Positions 13,237 to 24,975 of a DNA stretch of 64,000 bases are shown in pieces. The stretch spans positions 827,552 through 891,551 of the forward strand of contig BDGG01000011.1 in assembly GCA_001949185.1 (NCBI GenBank), given 5' to 3'. The translations under genes and the position numbers were made by a program. The notes under the pieces were generated by a model that did no database searches, was not told the DNA's origin, and saw only the letters and a program-made list of their open reading frames with translations. Within the stretch, counting starts at the first letter, position 1; each line of letters starts with the position of its first letter. This DNA comes from Ramazzottius varieornatus (lineage: Eukaryota; Animalia; Tardigrada).

Positions 13237-14613
13237 TCATTTCGAAGAGGAATGAAATTCGCGAAGACTGGCGCGATCCAGGAAGTCTTTTCGGTCGAGG
13301 TAGCCTCCTTTCCCTTTGTTAAACTGCTGTATTTCTTCCGTGAGATTGTTGGCGGTCTTGTATTTCTGCCAGTCCATTTGTGATTTATCCTGTAAAAGAT
13401 ACTCGGCATGTCCTGTCAGAGTAATACGATATTGCTAGAACGAATAAAACCTGAAAAGAAAGCTATGCACATGTTGTTACCAGAGTGGACATTTTTTTCT
13501 TGTCCTTGTTCAGAAGACCGGAAATGCTGCTGGTCTGCGCTTTAAAAGTTGAAGGTCTGAAATATGAAGTTATGTAGACGAAGGCGAAACGGGAGCTGGG
13601 CAAAACAAATTGACAAGACTGTTCTATGAAATGGCACATGTTTTCGGTGTAACTGGCTGTAAACCTGCGCCACTTGAAAAAGCGATCTTGTCGTGTTGTT
13701 TTGCCAAGCTCCCAGATGTCTTTGAAGAGAGCAGCGCTAAGCACGCCCTACTTACTTGGCTGAAAGACTTGTCGTAGCTGATAGCGGACTAGAGGAAACG
13801 TTACTGGTTGCAGGTGCAGAAAGAGGGTTCTTCGAGCTTGGCGACGGTATGGAACTGAGAGATTCGGGTGCGCTGGTCTGTCCGCCAGGGCTGGAAGGGG
13901 ATGATGAGTCAACGAAAGCCCTAGATGAGGTGGATGAAGAGGTGACTAAGCCCTTGATGGGTAGAGACGTTAGTGTTTCGTTGCTGGTAGTTTCGTCGTT
14001 GTTGTCTGATCCGTACGAGTCACCCTCTATTCGAGCTCTCTTCTTCCTACAAAACAGAAGCATACAGCATAATCGAATTGTATTGAACATCAGGACAATG
14101 ATGGCTTTTCTACTACGTTCCTCTTCTCAACTCATAAGTCGCAACTCCACCGCCTTCCTCGAACTGGGACGACGGAAACAGACCACTAGGTACTTCACAA
14201 GTTCACACTCAATCCCAGTCGTGGTCGTGCCCCCATCGCCGTTACTGTGTGTTTAACAAGGACGTGCCGGGCAACCCCCATTCAGTACTTACGGTCAATC
14301 AACAATCAAAGTACTCACCCACGCTGAGCCCGAACTTTGACTTTGCGTTTTCTTTTCCGCTTGTCGATATCCAAATCGGTATCTCCCCCGCTACTCGGCT
14401 CCAGATCCGCTCCTTCCGATTCACTCTCACCATCTGCAGAAAAGACTGAGCGAGCTCATCACCACAACGCCAGTAAGTACCAATTAGATTCTGCATACGA
14501 CGTATAATGAATGTCTCACCTTCGACCTCCACTTGTTCAGGTGGCACATAGTCCTCGTCGCTACTTTCGTCCGACTCTTCTTCATGAACAGCTCCTCTTC
14601 TCAACGCCGACAT
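13237..14613 (-). CDS. CFDP1: BCNT-family protein CFDP1/Yeti/Swc5
   Basis: Acidic N-terminus ESSDEDYVP. Spliced C-terminus KKKMSTL|DKSQMDWQKYK...EEIQQFNKGKGGYLDRKDFLDRASLREF* matches the BCNT-C domain. About 5 exons. Confidence 0.88.
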
Positions 14614-15070
14614 TCTTTATGAACGGTTGACAGAAGATTTCCACTACAAAATGAAAGAAGCGCCAGCTCGAGACCGAGAAGATGTCAGGATAAATCTGGA
14701 CAAAAATCCGCCAGAAGGTAGAGTCTAGGGATCCCTTCTTTCACCCTAGGCGAAAGCTTTGAACACTGGAGGGTGAAGGGCTCTGTGACATACTAATATT
14801 ACATGATGGGATTACGTACTACCGTTACATGCAAACTGATTTAAAAATAGCGCAGTTTGAATCCTCTGGTGTCTTCTCGAAATGTCTTGTTTGATCTTGC
14901 CTTTCCATGATGTTTCATCACTCTGTCCTTTCAGTGCTGCACAGATATGTGGAGCATACGGAGTTAACGTTACAGAAAGGATTTCCGATGGATGGGCTGG
15001 AGACTGACTGAATCATTTCCGGAGGCGTTTGGTTCGAGCTGTTTCAGAGTTCTGAGTGTTCAAAGTAATC

Positions 15071-18000
15071 ATGCCTGGAGTAGCGGGACCAGTAACGATG
15101 GACGATAATAAGAGCAAGACCAAGGATTTCATATCCTACAAACAGGATGGAAATGCCTTATTCAAGAACAGCAAGTACAGGGAAGCTCTGGACCTGTACT
15201 CGGAAGCCCTGAAGCTGGCTGGTGGAGAGCACACTTCGGACCGAGCAGCCATTCTGAAGAATCAGGCTGCCTGTTACCTCAAGCTGGAAGACTATAGGCA
15301 ATGTGCGGCCGTCGCCTCACAAGGTAAGTGGATGGAGGACTACGCTGTGCTAAAGCTGAGGATGGTGGATGGTTCTGTTTCCTTCATAGCGCTGGAATTG
15401 ACGCCCAATGATCCGAAGGCGCTTTTTCGCCGGTGTCAAGCTCTGGAGAAGCTGGGCAAGGTTGACGAGGCGTACAAGGATGTTCGGCTGGTCGCTCATA
15501 TGGAGCCAGGAGACGTCCAAGTGCGAGAAGCTGTCGTTCGGTTGGCCAAACAGCTGGAAGAACTGGTACGGTCAGTATTTGATTTTTTCGTGGTCTTTTC
15601 TCGGCGTGTTGGTCTTGTCCGACCTTCGAAATTCTCCAGCACTGAGAACTAAAGTGAACCTGGGTTTTTTGGATTTGATAAAAGCTTGGCCAACAAACTC
15701 GAGAAGATGGTTGCCCCCAAGTGGCGCACGTTTCCAGTGCCATTGGCCGGAGGCCTGCGTCACTTGGAGGACTGGACATCATCGATTTCCCCAGTGGCGC
15801 ACGCTTTCAGTGTTATTGGCTGAAAGATTGCGCCACTCGGTAAATGATCTGGCCCAGTTTGTCTGGAAAGCTTCCAGTTCTGTAACACCTAACTTCATGT
15901 GGTTGTCTGTTGGTAGAGCACGAAGCAAGCCAACACGGACCAGAAGGTGACAGACATGATGAAATACTTGTCAGGAGGTGAGACGGACGCCGAGAAGCGT
16001 CGTCAAGCGGCCAGCAATTTGGTGGTTTTGGCCAGAGAAAAGTCCGGTGCTGAGCGCCTGATGGACAAACGCGCGCCCGAACAGTTTGTCAAGATTCTCA
16101 AGGACAAGAACGCCGATCCAGAAGTGAAGCTGACAGTGGTCCGCGCCCTGGCAGAGCTCTTCAAAGGCGATATTCCCAGAGTACGCATGGGTTTCTGGGA
16201 ATAACCTAACTTTTGGAGGAAATACAATAGTTTCTGTCGTTCTCAACTATGATAACTTGGTGCAAAGCTTCTGTTCGTTCTATAGTGTCGGGAGCTTCTG
16301 CGGAATCGTATCGGTCTTCCGCCGTTGGCTGACTTGTTCTGCTTGCCCAACGAGGCCCTGGTGAATGCCGTTAGCGTGGCCATTGAGAACAGTTTGCGAA
16401 CCCTGTCAGGATGGATTGACAAGGAGAAGCCCGACAAGGCGCTCGTCAAAGGTGCGTTTCCTTTCCTCTGGTCTTTCTTAGCATTCATAGTCTTCGCAAC
16501 ACAACTATCCTGACCTCGTCACTTTCTTTGTACAGTTCAAACTTGTAACTTTAGTACGCCGGTATGGAATAGCGGCAATCAAACTCGATAAGATCGTTAT
16601 CCCAAGTTGCGCACGCATCCAGCTAATAATCCCGGAAACGTGCGCCACTTGGGAAGATGATCTTGTTGAGGTTTCGAAGTGGCGCACGGTACCAACCAAT
16701 AAAACCGGAAGTGTGCGCCACTATTGCCGAGCTCGCGTATCCTGTGGGATAGTGGCCAAGTGTGAGTAATGTTTTGTGCCATTCTTCTTTATGTTTGTAG
16801 CAAACTGGGAGGACATCGATTACACCATGACTTACCTGACCAATTTGGTGGACCGCGCTGTGCTGTCAGCAGCCGGGCGGAATGCCATCGTGGATGTGCT
16901 GGTTAAGAATCTGCCAGAGTACATGTCTCCGGGCATGGGCTGGACCGAAGAGTTTATCGTCAAGGATGGTATAGCTAAGCTGCTGGCTCCGGCCATTGTC
17001 CAACCTGACGATTGCAAGCGCATCCAGTCTTCCTTGGCCGTCACCAACGAGACGCGCGTTCATGTGGCGCTGGCTCTGCACAAAGTGTATGATGATCTGG
17101 ACAGCGATCGTAAGCGCAACCTCTTTCGAGAGAAGGCCGAAGCATTCGTCCAAGGACTGCTCAGAGACCCGGATCCCTTTACAAAGATGCAGGCCATCTT
17201 GGCTGTCATCACTCTGCTGCAAGGTAGATTGGAAACGTGGGCAGCTGAACTGAACTACTGTAGATCGGTTTTCCAAGTGGCGCACAATCTGAGCTACGAA
17301 CAATGAGAATCCGCGCCACTTTGGACAGTGATCTGCTTCAATTCATTCACCAACTTTCCGTATGCGGAAATTGATATGTTATGATGACGGCTTAGCGCTT
17401 TTTAGGGCCGTTCGATGTGGGCAACTTCCTGCTGGGTAGCCAAAACATCCTGGAGATGCTGTTCGTCATGGCCACTTCGGATGATACCGAGCACCAGATG
17501 ATCGCTGCTGAAGCCATCGTTCAGGCAGCCTCCAAGAAGGACAAAGCGGCAGCCATCATTGGTAGCGCTATGGACATTCTCCAGCGCTTGATCAAGTCCC
17601 CCGACGATAAAGTCAAGGTTAGTCATCGGCAGACTTTCGCTAGACTGTCGACAAAATCGTTTTTCCGAATGGCGCACGATTTCGGCAAATAACAATGATA
17701 ACGTGCGCCACTTGGGAGAACAGTCGGCGCACTTTTCCAGCCATTAGCAGTGCAAGTGTGCGCCAGTTGTGTAAACATCTTTGCTGAGTTTACTTGGAGT
17801 TTGTGGCGGTTCGAAAGCCGTGTGTGTATCTTGCAGGTGCGAGCGCTGGTGGGTTTGTGCAAAGCCGGTTCTTCGCGCGGGGTTGATTCATCGAACAAGC
17901 CGCTGGACAAGGAAACTGCCAAGGCACTATCCGAGACGTGCTTCACTTTCTTGTCCAACTCCACCAAAGACTTTGACTTGCGGCGATGGGCCGCTGAAGG

Positions 18001-19902
18001 TCTAGCCTATCTGTCGCTTGATGCCGATGTCAAAGAGGCACTGGTGGCTGACCGGGCAGTTCTGCGGTCCTTGATCGACCTGGGCAAGACCGGCAACCAG
18101 AACATCACATACGGCGTCGTCTCACTGTTCGTCAACCTGACCAATAGTTACGACAAGCCGGAGATTGAGCCGGAAATGAAGGAGTTAGCCAAGTTCGCTA
18201 AACAACACGTCCCAATTGACGACCCCAAAGACGCCCCGGAGTACGTACAGAAGCGCATCACGGCGCTGGTGGAGGAAGGCGTTGGTAGTGCACTCGTTGC
18301 TGTCAGCCAGACAGAGTCCAAAGGCTTGAAAGAGTCCATTGCTCGCGTACTCAATGTCCTCCTGGAGAACAAGGAGCATCGTGGCTTGCTGGTCCAACAA
18401 GGAGTGGCCAAAGTCCTGCTGAAACTGTGGCAGGGTGGCACTGAAAGAGGTAAGTTGGTCGTGCGTCTGCTTGATCTTGTCGGACATCTTAAGTGGCGCA
18501 CATGTCCAGCCCTGGACACTGAAGACGTGCGTCACTTGTAACAGCAGCTTGTCGAGTTTTCCAAGTGGCGCAGATTTCCAGCTGATACCAATGGAAACGT
18601 GCGTCATTAGCAGATTACTACACAACAGCGCGCCACGTGCTGTGACATCCTAGCGCGATATTTTTGTCCACCTTTGGTTTGGTATGCGTAGGCAAGGAAT
18701 GCGCCTGTCAAGCCTTGTCCAGAATCGGCATAACCATCAACCCGGAAATTGCCTTTCCCGGACAACGCTCATGGGAGGTGTTACGGCCCATCTTGAGCAT
18801 GCTGAAGGAAGAGAAGAACGCCCTGCAGAATTTCGAAGCGCTGCTAGCCTTGACCAACTTGGCCCAAATGAGCGAGAGCGTCAGGTGTCGATCTCAATCT
18901 GTCCTCCTTTGACTTCTCAGCTCAATAAAATATGGGGCTAACCTAGTTTCGTCTTGTTACAGGCAAAGAATAGTCAAAGAAGGAGGCCTTTCAATGGTCG
19001 AACACTACCTGTACGAAGACCATGATATGCTGAAGCGAGCCGCAACCCAGTGCATCTGTAATCTGATGCTGTGTAAAGAGGTACGTCGTCTCGTCGTGCA
19101 TTCCGTGTCAGCTTGGATTCTGCATGATGTTTCATGTTTGATGGTTTCCCGCAGGTGCAAGAAGTCTACATCATCTCCGAAGCTGATCGCATTAAACTGC
19201 TGCTGTTGTATTGCGTCGACGAAGACCCTGACGTATCCAAAAGCGCATGCGGCGCCTTGGCAATGCTAGCAGAGGATCCTCGAGCCTGCAAAAAGATCAT
19301 CCAGGTAAGCTATGCGCTGTCATTCTAAACCCATGCTTCTGTGAGCTCGACAGCATGGCCAAAAGACTGTTTTACCTACTGACGCACGCTGTGGATGATA
19401 TTGGCTGGAAACGTGCGCCAGTTGGTGTAGGAATCTAATCGAGTTTGTTGAGGTGGCGCACCCTGTCGGTGTTATTGGCTGGAGGCGTGCGTCACTTGGA
19501 AAAGTGCTCATATCGAGTGCTCAAGTGGCGCAGCTGCCAGCCAATAACACTGGATATGTGCGCCACTTGGAACGGTTTTGTCGTGTCTGTTTCCGAGCTA
19601 TTCACTTCTGTTTTTCCTCATAGTACCCCGTCTGGCTGGACGTCATGAAAGAAATCTCGGTGTCGGAGGACGCCGACATTCGTCTTCGGGGTTTGTACAT
19701 CATTTCCAGTCTGATACGAAACAACGACCAAGCAGCAGAAGCCATTACCTCATGCGAGCTGCTGGAGATCCTGATGGCCACTTCCCAGTTGATCGGACAA
19801 GACAACGCCAAAGCACGCGATGTAGCTATGAGTGCCCTGAAAGCAGCAGCAAAGAAGAAGATCATTGCGCCCAATCCTATCTACGACGAGGAGGACGAAT
19901 GA
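15071..19902 (+). CDS. unc-45: UNC-45 myosin chaperone (TPR + central + UCS domain)
   Basis: N-terminal TPRs (KQDGNALFK...KALFRRCQALE) and UCS motifs RRWAAEGLAYLSLDADVKE, NLTNSYD, ELAKFAKQHVP, AFPGQR, LQNFEALLALTNLA. About 11 exons. Confidence 0.96.
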
Positions 19903-20667
19903 TCAAAACGCCACTGTCCGTGCTAACTTGAAGTTGTACTTCAAACCTTTGGTACGAGTTTCCACTTTCGGTCTGTGTACAGCTTCTCCGGTGTGACTTC
20001 CTTCCTTGTACCTTCTTTTTTTCACCAGATTTTAGAATTTCTTGTGCCTTGCAGCTGTTGCTGTCCGCTTCTGACGGCCTTGGCTTCTAGTTTGATTTCT
20101 CCATTGTTCCTTCTGCACAGTTGTCGACTTGATGTTTGGGGGCAGGCCCCAGAATCCGCGACGACTGTCTTATTTTGAACCTTGACAGGTGGCAGCTGGA
20201 CCTCTGCAGATAATCTTTGAAACACCAGACGACGGTGCTTCCGCTTTATCTGACCACATACGTGTGCATCGTGAGCCTATTCTTCTGTGCGTTTACTCAT
20301 AACTGGCAGTTTCCCGTTCTTCGTGTTGCCGCACACGGAACAGTTCGCCATCTAGCGGATGTTTTCATACTTGTGGTTCTTTCGGCATCTCGAGACGCCG
20401 TGGGGCTAAAAAGAGCAGCTGCTTTGGCGGTTATCGATCGGCGGACCGCCGAGAATAGGACCAGTTGCAAATTACAATGCTCATCAGACTTGCACTGACT
20501 TGCACGCTGTAGCCCGTAGGCAGCACCAGAGCTTCTGCTGGTTGGCGACATAGAACAAGAACCACAACATGGGTAAAAGGAACGATTGATATTTCCAGCA
20601 GATTTCTTTCTACGCATATGTAATCGCATTTTAGAGCGCTTTTCGTTGGTCGTTCAATTTTCGGGAT

Positions 20668-22869
20668 ATGGCGCGCCGGTGCTTTTGTGTTCTGGTCGCT
20701 TGGCTGGTTGCAAACATCGAGCTGGTGGAGGGATGCGATTTCTATTGTTGTGCCGGTAACCGGACAGCTTTTGTCGAAGCGGGATGGTGGAATTGCTGTT
20801 TGGAAGAGCAATGCGCCGAGACGCTGAAGAGGCCTATCGACGAGAAGAAACTGGCGGAAACTCGGCGCGAATATTACAGGGTAAGGTTATTCCACACACT
20901 TCCGGCCGACTTTGCGTTAGAGCACAAACCAAGCATTTGAGGAAATTTTCTCATTATAGCCCCAGTCGTGCAACGTGCAATGTTGTCGCGAGACACCTAG
21001 AACCTCAACCGTGAACTGCTGCCCGGATAGAGTATGTAATGCACTGGCAACACTGGACAGCGACATTCGGGACGAACTGTTTGCCCAGGTTGGTTATTTA
21101 CTGTACACGTACTTTGCCTAATTATGGGCATCGACAAAATTATGGGCAGCCGAGCGAAGGCAGCACTGACCAGCTAAAATTGACCAATCAAATGAATCAA
21201 TCGAAGCATTGACGCTTTCGCTCGACTGCCCATGATTTTGTCCCATAATGTTGTCCCATAATTAGGCGATAATTTGGCAAAGTACGTGTACACAAACGAC
21301 GGGAAATAATGGGGCCAGTAAAAATTATGAGACTGGTCTTTTCGCTGCGGCGGTACGGAAGCACGTACGTACGTGACCGATTCATGTAATGCACTTTTGG
21401 ACACTTTTCTATGATACGTTTGGATTTCCATTTTGCCTTCTTTTCCGCCTGGCCCCATAATTTTTACTGGCCCATAGTTTCCTGCCGTGCGTGTACCACT
21501 GTTTCTAGCGAAAACACAACACTCGTCTCAATACGTGCGGAAAAACAAGTAGGTTTTTCATTTCTTCATTGGCGGAAGTTGCAACTGATGATCTGACGGC
21601 AAACGTAAACGATGTTTAACACCCTGATTACCACCGTACTCATCGTGAGTACAATACGGCACTTTTTTCGCTCCCCATAATTTCCATTGTGCCCGGTTTG
21701 AACCAAAATTTTTTCATTGCCTGGTCTGCGGTCTTATCACCGACACGCAGCTGATGACCACTGGTCAGTACAACTTCCGCAGGCTGGAAAAAATCCTTAC
21801 GATTTCGGGCAGTTCCGGGGGTATTTTAGTTTTCATGTCTTTGCTCGAGATACATAGCTACCATCTGTTTAGAAAAGAATCGAAACATTAAGGAGAGCTT
21901 CCTCTACCGATACTAGGCTTGGGACAAACTTGGTTTCATCGGTGCGTGCTGAAAAAATCAAAATGGCCAGGGCCACTTTTCCCACGTTGGCCTTTACGGC
22001 CTGCCAATCTCCACAATTTCGAAATTCTGAAAGTTGTCGATTGGTTGACTTGGGTTACGCCTTCCAATTTCCTCCAGTTAAAGTTCTGTTCTCACTGTGA
22101 CTACGCTGGTAACCTGCCGACACAAAAAGCTTGGTATTCAGGGTGTTAACTGTCAGGCGTTTTTTATAGGATCTTACCCAGAACATGCAGCAACTTCGAG
22201 GTCTTGACTGGCCGGTTACCGAAAGCTGGATAAGATTCGCCAAGGAGAGCGTACCGGAAGAATCAGCTGTCTATCCTGCAGGGAGCCGAATTCAGCAGTT
22301 ACTAAATTCCGGGATATTCAGCGCTTTCGATACAACCACCGTTACCGAAAATCCGGAGGAAAGAAGACGACAAAAGGAGATCGCAGATGCGCAGGTACTG
22401 TAGCAACAAACTCAGCCACAAAGCCTGATGGTGCATTGCGCTGTTAGCACAGAAAAATTTCGGCTTTTAGTGGATATCCAAATGGTGTATACATGGCTGA
22501 GGTTGACTTTATATCTCTTGACAGGCACGGAAAAAACAGGCTGAAGAAGCACAGGCGGAGTGGCAGAAAACCATATTGTATGGCCTTCTCGCCGTGGTTT
22601 GCATAGTAATCTTCGTAACTGGGACGGTGTGGCGCTGTCGACGGCATTTTCAAATAAGCAGGCTAATAGAGAACGCCAACAATCCACAGCCGGTCTACTT
22701 CACTGGTGAAGATCCTGCAGCAACATCTCTCCTTGGTGTTGTCGTTGTACCTGCTGGTCAGCGTAGCCCGGCCCAATACAATGTCGCTCCGACCAACGAC
22801 CATCCCCCTTCCTACCACGAAGCGACTGAGCCAGCAGAGAAAAACGACGTGCTTCCCAAGAAAAGATGA
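20668..22869 (+). CDS. Single-pass membrane protein with Cys-rich ectodomain and cytoplasmic PPxY motif (Shisa/WBP1-like architecture), ~260 aa
   Basis: Exons 20668-20880, 22170-22394, 22525-22869, all phase 0. Signal peptide, CDFYCC...WWNCC...C, TM ILYGLLAVVCIVIFVTGTVW, PPSYHEAT. The family label is inferred from architecture only. Confidence 0.7.
21106..21288. mobile_element. MITE with TA target-site duplication (Tc1/mariner-type)
   Basis: TIR CACGTACTTTGCC...GGCAAAGTACGTG, flanked by TA at 21104-5 and 21289-90. Confidence 0.75.
21291..21493. mobile_element. Second MITE abutting the first, TA TSD
   Basis: Imperfect ~38-bp TIRs CACAAACGACGGGAAATAATGGGGCCAGTAAAATTATG / CATAATTTTTACTGGCCCATAGTTTCCTGCCGTGCGTG; TA at 21289-90 and 21494-5. 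Confidence 0.7.
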
Positions 22870-23443
22870 TCCGGATCAATGCTCATCTGGGTGCACATCG
22901 GCTTTGTCCCGACGTCGGCCGGACGACGGTTTCCTTCCAGGATACCAGTGTCCATTGCGCCAGTGCTTTTGTTGCTCACATTTCGTATGAAAAGGTATAC
23001 CCGCTTCCTTGACGCATTTTGTCGAGTGTAACGCACTAGTCTTTGCATCGGAGTATATTTGATACGAGATCATTTATTTTTTGTTCTGCGACTGAAAACT
23101 CAAGAATAATATATTTGAATAGAGCTTACCACGTATGGTACAGTTCCATCTGATAACTGTTCATTTTACGCCGACTTTGTGGCATCCTACCGCGCTCCCA
23201 AATTTCGTCATCACAAAACATTCCCAGCTACGACAACGTTGACCCACTTCGCCTCATGTCAAGGCTTTCGCTGGCTTGGAGAAAAAGGCTGTATGAAAGG
23301 TTGAAAACCCCGATCGTCGGATAGCTGTCAATCAGGTTCGACGTGACGCTGGCATTACCGACAACATAACACAGGCAAAAACATAAAAGTTTTCTAGTAC
23401 TGCACTCGAGGATATATATTCTCCCTCGTTGGTCCGGAGTGAC

Positions 23444-24602
23444 ATGAAAAGTGGATACCTTAGCGTATTGGTCATCTATGCAGCAGTGAACATCGCGGTA
23501 GCACAAGGATGCGACTTGTACTAGTTGCTGCGCCGGAAATCATATAGCTTTCGTCCAGGCTGGCTGGCTGAACTGCTGTTCGGAGGAGAAATGTCTGGAA
23601 GCCTCAAAGAATCATCCCGATGTCGCCCTAAAACTGATGACACATTTCGAGCACTTTGAGGTGAGATTTGATGTTTCGCCATAATGAGACGTCGGCAGAG
23701 CGACTTCGCTGTGATCCCATTTCAAGTGAAGCACTTTTGTGGTCACTGACAATGAGTACGCGCGCCACTTGAGACGACGACCATGCTCAGTTCATTTGCC
23801 GACCTTCCGTGTACAGCCTGTCCGCACCAACTTGCTACCACTCATAAAGCAAGCCTTTCTCGACTGGGTTACTGTTCCACTTCCAAACTAATTTTGCCTG
23901 GCTATCTCCTGAAACATCGTTGGCCAGAAATCTTCTCACAAAAATTTAGGAGCGACAGGGCGCTGGATTCACTGGACTTCCCATTGCGGTAGGCGCTTTT
24001 CATAGTGCATAAGGTTAGCGGCAAAATACCCTCTTGTGAAAAGGGCAATCTGAACGGTTGCCACCATTCTTCAAATGTTTAACAGGACGCTGGCTCGTTG
24101 TAAGAAGCTCGACAGCGGGATACCAGGCAACGCTGGATAGACTTGAAACAAGAAGAACTGAGGCGGCAGGAAACCCAACGAGGAGAAGAGCAGAGGCAGA
24201 GAGAGATGGAAGATGGACAGGCGAGTACCGGGTTGGGAATCATGTCCATACCATCGAGTGTTGTCTACAGGCTACGTTTTTTCAATAGGCCCGAGAGGGA
24301 CCAATGAACATGTATGACCTTCTCTGGAAGGCTTTCCTCGGGGTCGTGTGCTGTGGGGTGGCGGCTTTTGTACTGGGACTGTTCTGTCGATTGCAATATT
24401 ACTATATTATGATCAGAGAGCCACCTATTCCCCAGTCGTTCAAACTTCGGCGCCGCCTCTTTTTGTGCTTTCTGTGCCTGCCAGCGAACCCAGCGGAAAC
24501 CTCGTTCGAAGCGATCACAGTCTCTTGCCCGCAGTCCATGCGCCACCTTCCTATGAAGAAGCGACTGACTTGACGATGAAAAGAAATGTCCTTCCTGAAT
24601 GA
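23444..24602 (+). pseudogene. Disrupted tandem paralogue of the 20668-22869 Cys-rich/TM/PPxY gene
   Basis: MKSGYLSVLVIYAAVNIAVAQGCDLY* followed, after a 4-nt insertion, by CCAGNHIAFVQAGWLNCCSEEKC. The TM segment (24304 frame) and the PPSYEEAT tail (24348 frame) are in different frames. Confidence 0.78.
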
Positions 24603-24975
24603 AATGGTTGATAGTTTTATGGTAAAGTCTTTGAAAGATTTTCGGGAACGCCGGGCAAGTACCGGTCCCGCATTTTGCGAAGGCTTTGAACGCATAACCG
24701 AGTACAGTGGACTTGAGTCATTTGACGGATGAAATGCAACCTTACAAGACGATTTTATGCGAGAAAAATTTGGTCAAGGAAGGGTCGTACGTACAACAAA
24801 TGCAAAACGGTCAACCTTCATGGACGTACTTACTTAGGTCAGAGGATCAAACTCTCGAGATTCAACCATCCACCCCAGAACCAAACACTGAGCCACCGTT
24901 TGGCCTAAGAGATTCAATGGCACAGGAGAGCAAATAATTAATATAATAAAAGCAGACCCAAAATTATCATATATA

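Noticed and set aside
13756-14256. Plus-strand 166-aa ORF and similar long opposite-strand ORFs (e.g. 25124-25798, 52436-53017)
   Set aside because: These are antisense shadows of CFDP1, FATP and the chromodomain gene exons.
19975-20629. ORFs between UNC-45 and the membrane protein gene
   Set aside because: No motifs and no consistent splice model.
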